From IMG/VR virus record IMGVR_UViG_3300045988_099276, positions 64,001 to 128,000 of that record: a stretch of DNA of 64,000 nt. One strand, given 5' to 3'. Positions 29,009 through 37,141 of the stretch are shown piece after piece (position 1 is the stretch's first letter; every line of letters starts with the position of its first letter). The translations under genes were made by a program, and so were the position numbers. The stretch is from a virus. The notes beneath the pieces are model-generated. The model was not told the DNA's origin and did not search any database. It saw only the letters and a program-made list of their open reading frames with translations.

Positions 29009-29395
29009 CTAGGCTGTGCGGAAATAGATATTAAAAGCCCTGTACTTTGGGCGGTTGTCAAAAGGTTGATTACCGCCTGTATTTTCCATCGAATCGTTTG
29101 GTGGATTCCAGCTTCTAGAACCGTTAAGAGCAGCTTTAAAATAGTTTTGTGAATTGCCAGTAAGCCATTCACCGAATCCAGCAAGCACGTGGTTATGTGA
29201 TGGCATTTGGTTAATTGTAAGTTTAATAGAGTTTGTGCCACCTGTTGTATTTGGCGTGCCGCAACAAATGAACGTGTCATTATCGAGCTTTGTCCATGTT
29301 CCGCCAATGGAATCTGCTGGCGAGACTGAATTGTTTGAAATAAAGACTGACCCAACTGGGTAGACAATATCCATGAGGTTAACGTAGTTAGACAT
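29009..29395 (-). CDS. tail-collar-domain (MdpB-like) small protein, paralog 1
   Basis: MSNYVNLMDIVYPVGS...SPADSIGGTWTK...QMPSHNH...NTGGNQPFDNRPKY...FRTA. Confidence 0.6.
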   Translation of the reverse strand: MSNYVNLMDIVYPVGSVFISNNSVSPADSIGGTWTKLDNDTFICCGTPNTTGGTNSIKLTINQMPSHNHVLAGFGEWLTGNSQNYFKAALNGSRSWNPPNDSMENTGGNQPFDNRPKYRAFNIYFRTA

Positions 29396-29413
29396 ACGCC
29401 ACCTCGCTCAGAT

Positions 29414-29806
29414 TTAAGCTGTACGATACCAGATAAAGCAAGTTGTATAGGGCGGCAGATTGTTGTGTGCTTGCCCCCCCCCAGTATTCTTTGCAGCATT
29501 ATTCCAATCTGGATTACCATCATTCCACGCAGGAGAATTAGTTGCAAAAAGTGTACGATATGTTGTTGCATTTCCACCGTTAACAACAGCAACAACAATG
29601 CCATGTCCATGAGACGGCATTTCATCAATTGTTAACGTATGCTTTGCTTCTCCGCCTGTTTGATTTGCGGTATTAGCTCCATAGAGGAAAGTCTTAATTT
29701 TCGTCCATGTACCACCAATAGAATCAGCAGGTGATGTTGCACTCATGCTCTGATAGATTGAGCCTACTGGATATACGATATCCAATAGATTTACAAAATT
29801 ACTCAT
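29414..29806 (-). CDS. tail-collar-domain small protein, paralog 2 (contains a coding G9 tract)
   Basis: MSNFVNLLDIVYPVGS...PADSIGGTWTK...EMPSHGH...NTGGGQAHNNLPPY...YRTA. The GGG triplet is encoded by nine consecutive G. Confidence 0.6.
   Translation of the reverse strand: MSNFVNLLDIVYPVGSIYQSMSATSPADSIGGTWTKIKTFLYGANTANQTGGEAKHTLTIDEMPSHGHGIVVAVVNGGNATTYRTLFATNSPAWNDGNPDWNNAAKNTGGGQAHNNLPPYTTCFIWYRTA
29474..29482 (-). repeat. G9 homopolymer inside a coding sequence
   Basis: Reads AAT ACT GGG GGG GGG CAA on the - strand (C9 on +). Confidence 0.95.
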
Positions 29807-29850
29807 TTATATCCTTTCTAATTTAATAGAAAGAATATTATAAAATCTTC

Positions 29851-30303
29851 TTAGGCTGTTCTCTTATATACATTTAAAGAATAATGATAAGGAATATGCT
29901 TCTGCTGCTCGACTAATTGCCCATTTGAGTCTATTCGCCAAATGTCTTTAGTCCACAAATTCCAACCAGTATCACCACCATCTTTACCACCAACTGACAA
30001 TAATTGCCATAGATTACCAGCGGCAGCATTAGTATTCCAAAAACCAATACCCGAATATTGTTCCCTGTCATGATGCCAACCCACAACATTGTGCTGATGG
30101 TCTGGTATGGCTAGCTGAGAAATTATATTGCTACCAGAAAAACGTCCAGCTACGTTATAGGTATCACCACTTGCCGCAAGCAAACAATTTTCAATTTGTG
30201 TCCACGTACCACCAATAGAATCAGCAGGAGAAGTAGCATTTGTACTAATATAGATACTTCCTACTGGATAAATAATATCAAGAAGATTTACAAAATTAGA
30301 CAT
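29851..30303 (-). CDS. tail-collar-domain small protein, paralog 3
   Basis: MSNFVNLLDIIYPVGS...PADSIGGTWTQ...IPDHQHN...YKRTA. Confidence 0.55.
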   Translation of the reverse strand: MSNFVNLLDIIYPVGSIYISTNATSPADSIGGTWTQIENCLLAASGDTYNVAGRFSGSNIISQLAIPDHQHNVVGWHHDREQYSGIGFWNTNAAAGNLWQLLSVGGKDGGDTGWNLWTKDIWRIDSNGQLVEQQKHIPYHYSLNVYKRTA

Positions 30304-30342
30304 GATAAATCACCATGCCTAGAACAGCCATTGAAGAAGAAG

Positions 30343-30399
30343 CTACATTACTGTAGCCTCCCCCCCCCAATGACTGTGATTAGTCATTAAGTTTTTCAT
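30343..30399 (-). promoter_or_regulatory. leader mini-ORF with G9 tract (C-run 30360-30368 on +) flanked by two hairpins
   Basis: GAAAGGATATT-ATG AAA AAC TTA ATG ACT AAT CAC AGT CAT TGG GGG GGG GAG GCT ACA GTA ATG TAG. Hairpins are AATGACT/AGTCATT and GCTACA-GTAA-TGTAGC. Confidence 0.45.
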
Positions 30400-30434
30400 A
30401 ATATCCTTTCGTTTAGATATTATGATTTTAGACT

Positions 30435-30818
30435 TTAAGCAGTTCGCACCCAAACTTTGCAAGCATATGAATAAGGATAATAATCCTGTCCACCACCAGC
30501 ATCACCAGTATTACACCCTTGAGGATAGTTTTGTGCGCCAGCACTGCCTGAATCTTCACTATAGTCTTTACGAACAATATTAGGATTACCGTAATTTGCT
30601 GTAACATATTGAGCGTGTGCGTGAACTGGCATCTGTTTAACGCTAATAGTCTTACTACCAGTATAACCTACAATATCATCATATGCGGCCAAACATGCGC
30701 CATCTTTAATTTGAGTCCATGTACCGCCAATAGATGATGCAGGTGAAATACCGCTAGCAGTGATATATATACTGTTTACAGGATAGATAATATCTAGAAG
30801 GTTTACGAAATTGCTCAT
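30435..30818 (-). CDS. tail-collar-domain small protein, paralog 4
   Basis: Strong SD (TAAGGAGGTTGAATA-ATG). MSNFVNLLDIIYPVNS...PASSIGGTWTQ...QMPVHAH...GDAGGGQDYYPYSY...VRTA. Confidence 0.6.
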   Translation of the reverse strand: MSNFVNLLDIIYPVNSIYITASGISPASSIGGTWTQIKDGACLAAYDDIVGYTGSKTISVKQMPVHAHAQYVTANYGNPNIVRKDYSEDSGSAGAQNYPQGCNTGDAGGGQDYYPYSYACKVWVRTA

Positions 30819-30975
30819 TATTCAACCTCCTTATTTGGGAGGTTATCTAAAATCATAATATCAAATTGATTTATAGATTCTAAGCTACCGCAGTAGCCCC
30901 CTAGAGAGGTCAATTCATTAAACTTATTCACATAAAACTCCTTTTCTTTCTCAGAATTATATTCTATATCTATAT

Positions 30976-31010
30976 GAAAAAAGGGCAAAACCCCTAATAG
31001 GATTTTGCCC
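30976..31010 (-). terminator. rho-independent terminator after fibre B
   Basis: On the - strand: GGGCAAAA TCCTATTAGGGG TTTTGCCC followed by TTTTTT. Confidence 0.7.
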
Positions 31011-31019
31011 AAAACTATA

Positions 31020-31838
31020 TTAGATTTTAATCCACAATTTACAAGTAGAGGATGTAGGCTGAGAAGATGATACAGTGATAACATCATTTGCCGCATAATT
31101 GGAAGAAGAAGTATATGCGGCGCTACCAAGACCTAACCATTTCCTATATTCACCTTGTGATACGTCTTTAATTTTTCGTTCATCGTTCATACCAAGAGCA
31201 TACTTAAAATCGGCAGATGTAAATCCATCACCAGCATAACCGATTTTAATACCTTGATTAGTATTATTATAATCCGCTATCTCAATAGCTTTATCTGCTG
31301 AACCTGCACTTGTAGCTTTACCAGTAAGATTGCCTTTAAAATTATTAGCTTCAATCGTTGAATACGCAGTATTCGATGTATAATTACAAAACTTATATGT
31401 AATACCAGTAGTCCCACCATCTGATGCATCAGAGTCGGCATTTCTATAATTAAAATAACAAGTAGGTTGCTTACCACCAGAAAAGTTAATTTCATTTTGA
31501 TGAGTATAAATTACATTTATACACTTATTAGCGGTACCAGCTGAATTAGCATAATTTACTGACTTACTAGAATCTGCTGTATTATTGACGTTATTGATAC
31601 CTAGATATTGCTTTGCCGCATCTAGATTTACATCTTTAATATGATTGCCAGTTGAACTATATCCTGCAAGACAACCTAAATTCTTTTCAGCATCTTCTTG
31701 ATTTAATCTTAAAGATTCTGCTGCAAATCCTATTTTAATTGTTCTACCGGTAGGTGCATTATAATCTCGCACACCATCGGCTTTAGAAGGGACAAATTCA
31801 GAAAAATTCGTCCCATCGCTCACCATAAAATCAGCCAC
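31020..31838 (-). CDS. tail fibre protein B
   Basis: GTG start without an SD. MADFMVSDGTNF N-terminus. C-terminus VSSSQPTSSTCKLWIKI. Confidence 0.65.
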   Translation of the reverse strand: MADFMVSDGTNFSEFVPSKADGVRDYNAPTGRTIKIGFAAESLRLNQEDAEKNLGCLAGYSSTGNHIKDVNLDAAKQYLGINNVNNTADSSKSVNYANSAGTANKCINVIYTHQNEINFSGGKQPTCYFNYRNADSDASDGGTTGITYKFCNYTSNTAYSTIEANNFKGNLTGKATSAGSADKAIEIADYNNTNQGIKIGYAGDGFTSADFKYALGMNDERKIKDVSQGEYRKWLGLGSAAYTSSSNYAANDVITVSSSQPTSSTCKLWIKI

Positions 31839-31852
31839 ATCTATCAGCTAAG

Positions 31853-31897
31853 TTATCTAGCGGGGCAGATGCCCCCCCCCAGAAACGTATTATTCAT
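31853..31897 (-). promoter_or_regulatory. leader mini-ORF with G9 tract (C-run 31872-31880 on +)
   Basis: TAAGGATGTAGAT-ATG AAT AAT ACG TTT CTG GGG GGG GGC ATC TGC CCC GCT AGA TAA, ending 14 nt before the GTG of fibre B. A GGGGC-ATCT-GCCCC hairpin uses the tract. Confidence 0.5.
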
Positions 31898-31907
31898 ATC
31901 TACATCC

Positions 31908-33467
31908 TTAAATTTGTACCCACAGTTTAACATGTTCTTCTGTTGGCTTACTCACGCCAACATAAACAGTACCAACATCATCTGCAAGTTTACCATTGGT
32001 CACAGCTTTGCTTGCAATTTTGCCTGATGAAACAGCTCCATCGGCAATCTTAGCCGCAGTCACTTTGCCATTACCAATAGTCGTAGCCATTGTAATAGGA
32101 CTTGCCGTATTAAAACTTGTAGCAGATGTTGTAATATCTCCGTTCAGTGCGACAGTATTATTAAACTTGTTCGCAGATTGAGCATTTGTAGCGCTAGTTG
32201 CATTACCTTCTACATTGCCAGTAAGAGTACCAACAATCTTATTAGCATAAATATAATTCCACTTTGCACTAGAGGAACCAAGAGAATAAGAATTTGTAGC
32301 GCTAGGAACGATATTCTGACCAGTTAGAGAACCTGTCAGCGTGCCGCCAGATAGTTTTAAATAACTCGCATCGTGATTATGGTTAGCGGTTGCAGCGCCG
32401 ATATTAGCACAAGTAAGATTGACATTGCCTGTGCGGTAATTGCTTTCCGCATTACCCTTAACGCCAGTGACCTCGCCAGCAACTTGCCATGTACCGTCTC
32501 CACGAAGGAATTTGTTCTGACTTCCAACCGTAGGAGCAGGAACAAGACCAGAGTGACCAGCTGCATTGGCAGTGGCAGCTTTCATGACTTCTGGTTTAGT
32601 TGTATCTATATCAAATGAAATATCAGCAGAACCATTGAAGCTAAATGTCTGTCTACGCGAAGCTGATGTAGTCCCATATGTCACTCCAACACTTAAACTA
32701 TGACCAACTTTACCAGCAGTGGTCGCATTAGTAGCGTTATCGGCGTTTGCCGCATGACTTGCATTAAGTGCCGTACCAGCTTTGTACTCTTGGTATCCTG
32801 CATCAGAATTTAACCTAGCGTCATCAACGACAATATACATGATGCCAGTATCGTCTTGAATAACGCTATCGCCAGTCTGCACTTGCGTATTAGTTAATTG
32901 GAAACGTGCAGTTTTATTTGCAACATGGACTAATCGTTCTAATGCACCATGTGGAATTGTGTTTAAAGGTAACACTCCAGTGACACTTGCGGCATCAATT
33001 GATGGAATTGTAATAGAGATATTTCCAGAACCATCAAAATTAGCACTACCAGTACCACCATTATTACCACCCTTAACACTGATTGAACGTGCATTCTTTA
33101 GCTTCGTAGCTGTATCGGCGTTACCAGTGACATTACCAGTTAGGTTTCCCGTGAATCCGCCATTACCAGTAACCCTGCCAGCGAATGTAGTAGGAGACTT
33201 AACTGATTGCGCATTAACAGTTGTCTTATCTAACTTATTGTTCGCATTGTCATTAACAGCTTTTACTGCTTTTGGTGTCGCGGCAACAACACCTGTAGCC
33301 GCGCTATCTGTTGCATTTGTCGCGTCTGAAAGCCAAACCTCACCGCGTTTATTATTGGTAGCATCTGGCGCAACGTAAATCGGTCTATATGTTTTAAGCG
33401 TAGGGTCATAGACTTTTGCAACAAAATTATTTTTCATCGTAGAATCATTTGGATTACCTTTAGCCAT
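31908..33467 (-). CDS. tail fibre protein A
   Basis: Strong SD (AAGGAGGTGGCAA-ATG). KRGEVWLSDATNATDSAATGVVAATPKAVKAV fibre N-terminal motif. GNLTGNVTGNA repeats. C-terminus VGVSKPTEEHVKLWVQI. Confidence 0.7.
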   Translation of the reverse strand: MAKGNPNDSTMKNNFVAKVYDPTLKTYRPIYVAPDATNNKRGEVWLSDATNATDSAATGVVAATPKAVKAVNDNANNKLDKTTVNAQSVKSPTTFAGRVTGNGGFTGNLTGNVTGNADTATKLKNARSISVKGGNNGGTGSANFDGSGNISITIPSIDAASVTGVLPLNTIPHGALERLVHVANKTARFQLTNTQVQTGDSVIQDDTGIMYIVVDDARLNSDAGYQEYKAGTALNASHAANADNATNATTAGKVGHSLSVGVTYGTTSASRRQTFSFNGSADISFDIDTTKPEVMKAATANAAGHSGLVPAPTVGSQNKFLRGDGTWQVAGEVTGVKGNAESNYRTGNVNLTCANIGAATANHNHDASYLKLSGGTLTGSLTGQNIVPSATNSYSLGSSSAKWNYIYANKIVGTLTGNVEGNATSATNAQSANKFNNTVALNGDITTSATSFNTASPITMATTIGNGKVTAAKIADGAVSSGKIASKAVTNGKLADDVGTVYVGVSKPTEEHVKLWVQI

Positions 33468-33478
33468 TTGCCACCTCC

Positions 33479-33832
33479 TTATTCTTCCTCGTCTTTATAA
33501 ATAACGTCTACAATTGTCTCTGGCGGCATACTCTTCTCAAAAGTGAATTTTAGCTTTGAGCCAAAATTACCGTCAAGCTCAAGAATACCTGTTTCATTTA
33601 CCTTATATGAAAACTCACTCTCGTTCGTAGTGATTGTAATATCATAATCAGGAATTTGCGGAAAAAGGATAATATCCTCTTTCCCTTCGTTCAAAGCGCG
33701 GTATTCAGAATAAGCAATCGGTTGACGCTTTGGAATCTGAATACCAATATGTACATAAGAATTGCCCGCGCCAGCTTTAAATGTATGACTTGATTTTACT
33801 GAGAATGGGCCTTTAATCTGTTCAAGTTTCAT
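33479..33832 (-). CDS. small baseplate-region structural protein
   Basis: 117 aa. Tightly packed between a large structural gene and fibre A. Confidence 0.45.
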   Translation of the reverse strand: MKLEQIKGPFSVKSSHTFKAGAGNSYVHIGIQIPKRQPIAYSEYRALNEGKEDIILFPQIPDYDITITTNESEFSYKVNETGILELDGNFGSKLKFTFEKSMPPETIVDVIYKDEEE

Positions 33833-33834
33833 AT

Positions 33835-36114
33835 CTACGCTCCAAACTTATAGGTACTAGACCAATAGGAAGGAATTGCATTATCTGAAACTGTTACAGA
33901 ATTCTGCAAGAAAGCAAGACCTTCTGATGTCAAAGTTTTAAGACTCTCGTAGCTGGCCGCACTTTCATCCATTAGTTTAACATCGCGCATACCAGTATCA
34001 GCAATCTTGCCAAGATAATACCACGTACTTAAATTATAATCAAACGCATAGAACTCTTTATCACTCTTGGCTTCATTGTATGGCTGATACGTAATAATTT
34101 TGCCAAGATTAGACTGACCACCAGGCTGATTTTGCGCGCCAGTAAGGCCAAATGGAAATTCACGATTTAGATATTCAATAATATTAGCATCTGTAAAGCC
34201 TGCGGCATTTAGCTGGGTCTTTGTGACATTAAAGCCAATTAGAATGCCAGCTTGGTCTTTGATAGTGCCAAGGTCTTTCCAATAGACATTCGAGCCATAA
34301 TTAGGAATAGATGAATCATACTTCATCGCATCATTATTTGAAATCCAACCATCGGTCGCATTTTTAACACGATGTGATGGGTCGCTATAAAGAACAAATA
34401 GATGCCAGTCAGATGGACGAACCACAAGGCGTTCAATTGAGTTAATGGGGTCACTGACTTTTACAGGGTTTGGATTACTATTGTATTTAACATAAATGCT
34501 CTTATCATCACTAATACCAGTACCCATGTAGATAGATTTAACGGTTGTGATTTTATAATTCTCGCCACCGTTTTCAGTCTTTAAATTAATTGTCTCACCA
34601 GTGTTAAAGATAAGGGTCGTTTCACCAATATCGTTAACACGTGCGGCAGTTAGAAGTTTTAGCTTGGCTGGACTAATTTTATCACCAGTAGTCGTATTGA
34701 TTGTAATCTGACCATTTGCTTGATTAATTGTAATATCTTTGACCCAAGTTAAGCGTTTATCAACAGACGCAGTACCATCATTGAAAGAGCATACAAAATG
34801 ACCAGTATTTTCATCTAAAGTAACTGAACTAATCCAACGAATATGACCGACCTTATTCCTACCATCGTTTGACAGTTTGCCGCCATCTGTGCCCGCAAAT
34901 GTTCCGATAACATCGCCGTTATCTTGAATCTCAAGGCCTTTGACCCACGTAAGATTTGTTTCATATGCAGAAGAGTCATTGTTGAAATCCATCTTAAAAT
35001 GTCCACCTGCGGCACCGTTTCCAGTAGACAGAGCAACGCCTGTCACCCATTTAATTTTCTTATAAAAGATACTATCGTTGTTGTGAGTATAAGATACTGT
35101 TAGAGTACCTTTATCATCAAGCGTAATATTCTTAATAATATTAAAATCACCGAGATAAATTAAAATTGGGTCTGGATTGATTCGCTTATCATAGATATAT
35201 AGTTCATATACTACGATTTGGCGATGTTTGGCAATATCATCTTCCATATTAGGATAGCCAGATTGACCAACAGTAGCAAGACCAGTAGTAGGATTGACTG
35301 TAATGTGCTCAGTAGAATATACTTTATTGCGTAGTGCTTCTGTCATTTCAATAACTTTAAGATTACGAAGCGTATCACCCTTTAAGCCTTTTGGAATACC
35401 CATGTCCCAGTATTCCCAGAATGGATGGGTCTTATCATCAATACGTGCAATGGAAGCCATAGCATTTTCTTGTTTAATATTACCAGCTGTATCATACTGG
35501 GAAACTGCATGAGCTTTATAGTCAATAACTGTATAAGGGAACTTCATTCCTACATAGAACCAAGAATCCGAGTCTTCATCGTCTTTGCGAATATTAACCC
35601 ATGTATATTCAATATCATCATTAAAAGAGGTTTTATCTTTACCAGGAACTAACGTGCGATTTTGGATGTTGAATTTGAAATCTTTTTTAAGCGTACCGCC
35701 ACCATCATGCCAGTTGCCATTATCATCTTGTTTCCAGTTGGTAATAACAGTACCATCGGCATTTTGACCGACTGGATACCTACGATAAGTATTTTCTTCA
35801 AGAGCCTTTGTTGACATATGCGTTACATTGTCAATAGTATCTACTTGGAAGAAAGGAGTACCGCTTGACGGACCAACGATTTGAAATTTATAAATTGCGC
35901 CGCCCATAGCATTTTGATAGTCCAAGCCGCGCATAAAGACTTTACCGTTATCGGGATGATTTTTATTTTTGCATGAAATAATAGCATATTCGGAATACCA
36001 TACTTCTTTATAATTTTCACCCATGCTAAAGGCATTTATCATGTCTTTTACAGATAGAAAAGCGGCTTTAATCTCAAAGGATTTGCCCACATGGGATGCG
36101 TACAAGCTGTCCAA
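33835..36114 (-). CDS. large baseplate/tail structural protein
   Basis: TTG start with GGTGA 6 nt upstream. 759 aa, beta-rich. Located in the baseplate block. Confidence 0.5.
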   Translation of the reverse strand: MDSLYASHVGKSFEIKAAFLSVKDMINAFSMGENYKEVWYSEYAIISCKNKNHPDNGKVFMRGLDYQNAMGGAIYKFQIVGPSSGTPFFQVDTIDNVTHMSTKALEENTYRRYPVGQNADGTVITNWKQDDNGNWHDGGGTLKKDFKFNIQNRTLVPGKDKTSFNDDIEYTWVNIRKDDEDSDSWFYVGMKFPYTVIDYKAHAVSQYDTAGNIKQENAMASIARIDDKTHPFWEYWDMGIPKGLKGDTLRNLKVIEMTEALRNKVYSTEHITVNPTTGLATVGQSGYPNMEDDIAKHRQIVVYELYIYDKRINPDPILIYLGDFNIIKNITLDDKGTLTVSYTHNNDSIFYKKIKWVTGVALSTGNGAAGGHFKMDFNNDSSAYETNLTWVKGLEIQDNGDVIGTFAGTDGGKLSNDGRNKVGHIRWISSVTLDENTGHFVCSFNDGTASVDKRLTWVKDITINQANGQITINTTTGDKISPAKLKLLTAARVNDIGETTLIFNTGETINLKTENGGENYKITTVKSIYMGTGISDDKSIYVKYNSNPNPVKVSDPINSIERLVVRPSDWHLFVLYSDPSHRVKNATDGWISNNDAMKYDSSIPNYGSNVYWKDLGTIKDQAGILIGFNVTKTQLNAAGFTDANIIEYLNREFPFGLTGAQNQPGGQSNLGKIITYQPYNEAKSDKEFYAFDYNLSTWYYLGKIADTGMRDVKLMDESAASYESLKTLTSEGLAFLQNSVTVSDNAIPSYWSSTYKFGA

Positions 36115-36116
36115 AA

Positions 36117-37061
36117 TTATTCACCGTCCTCTTCTATTTCTTTTTGGGTAAATTCATAGTCAATAGTAAATGAATCAGTATAATCACGAGCTACAACGCC
36201 AATAGAAGAAACAGGCACTTCTGATAGTTCATAAAATCCGCTCGGACCAATCCTAATCTCTTCACCATTAATAGCCATCATCAAACCAGAATGGCCCCAA
36301 ATACCAATTCTATCAAGCGTAGCATTATTGTTCATGCTTTCCACTAGATTACTTAATTGACATAGCTCACACTTAATTTTATCTAAATCTACAATGCGGC
36401 CATATGTCGTACCGCTTGCTGTTGTATGTTGAATATTATAATCTTCTGCCTGTCTTGTCATTGATAGCACAACAGAAATGAATCCATCTTCTATTGGCCT
36501 GAAAATCATTTCAAACAAACCATAACGTTCACTAACATCTGTTTTCCAAGATGCCGCCATAGCTACAATATTTCGTTTATCTGTCTGTGTATACGTATTG
36601 CCACCAGTGCCAAGATAATATTTTTTATTCTGCTCTCGATAATATAAAGCATCTTTAATAGTAGTTTTACCATATTCGTATTTAAGCGGTATCATAGCAT
36701 TAATGCTGCCATTACTTTTCTCATATAATGCAACGTTATAAACGTTACTCCCGTCTCCACCTGCGTTAACGTTAACGGTCTTAATATACTGATACGAGCC
36801 TTGGTCTGTATCTGAATTTTTTGTTAATTTAATAGTAAATTCCATAGCATAATTCATGTCTTGCGGAATTTGAACTTTTAAATAATAATCTTGACCTTTA
36901 ACAAATTGCTTGTCGGGAATGATAGCAACGTCTTTAAAACCTGTATTTTGTTCATCTAATCCAGTAATATCAGCATTAGAGTCAACATAAGATTTTTTGA
37001 AAGTTAGTTCAGTAAGACCTTCTCCCGCATACCTATATTGACCGATATTTGTGGTTGCCAA
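36117..37061 (-). CDS. baseplate-region structural protein
   Basis: Start moved to TTG 37061 (GGAGGG 4 nt upstream). The track N-terminus runs through the terminator T-run. Confidence 0.5.
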   Translation of the reverse strand: MATTNIGQYRYAGEGLTELTFKKSYVDSNADITGLDEQNTGFKDVAIIPDKQFVKGQDYYLKVQIPQDMNYAMEFTIKLTKNSDTDQGSYQYIKTVNVNAGGDGSNVYNVALYEKSNGSINAMIPLKYEYGKTTIKDALYYREQNKKYYLGTGGNTYTQTDKRNIVAMAASWKTDVSERYGLFEMIFRPIEDGFISVVLSMTRQAEDYNIQHTTASGTTYGRIVDLDKIKCELCQLSNLVESMNNNATLDRIGIWGHSGLMMAINGEEIRIGPSGFYELSEVPVSSIGVVARDYTDSFTIDYEFTQKEIEEDGE

Positions 37062-37099
37062 TTTCCCTCCTTTTATTTCCAAAATATACCTAATATAAA

Positions 37100-37138
37100 A
37101 TAAAAAATAGGGCAAACCAATTATACGGTTTTGCCCTA
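37100..37138 (-). terminator. rho-independent terminator
   Basis: On the - strand: TAGGGCAAAACC GTATAATT GGTTTGCCCTA (one bulge) followed by TTTTTT. Confidence 0.6.
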
Positions 37139-37141
37139 TTT

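Noticed and set aside
28984-29628. 214-aa ORF in an alternative frame that spans the G9 tract and all of tail-collar paralog 1.
   Set aside because: Its translation is low-complexity (L/Q/I-rich) with no motifs and no SD. It fully overlaps two well-supported paralogous genes. It is probably an open frame arising by chance from codon bias, although a +1 G slip would enter this frame briefly.
30818-31129. 103-aa ORF between fibre B and tail-collar paralog 4.
   Set aside because: Its N-terminal half is an alternative frame of fibre B, and it reads straight through a rho-independent terminator. There is no plausible start or SD in the intergenic part (only ATG TGA and ATG AAT TGA).
21046-31897. 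The idea that changing G-tract length fuses the mini-ORFs in frame to the downstream fibre ORFs (classical ON/OFF by frameshift).
   Set aside because: For all three fibre leaders the fibre reading frame contains one to three stop codons between the tract and the start codon. No tract length can produce a fusion protein.
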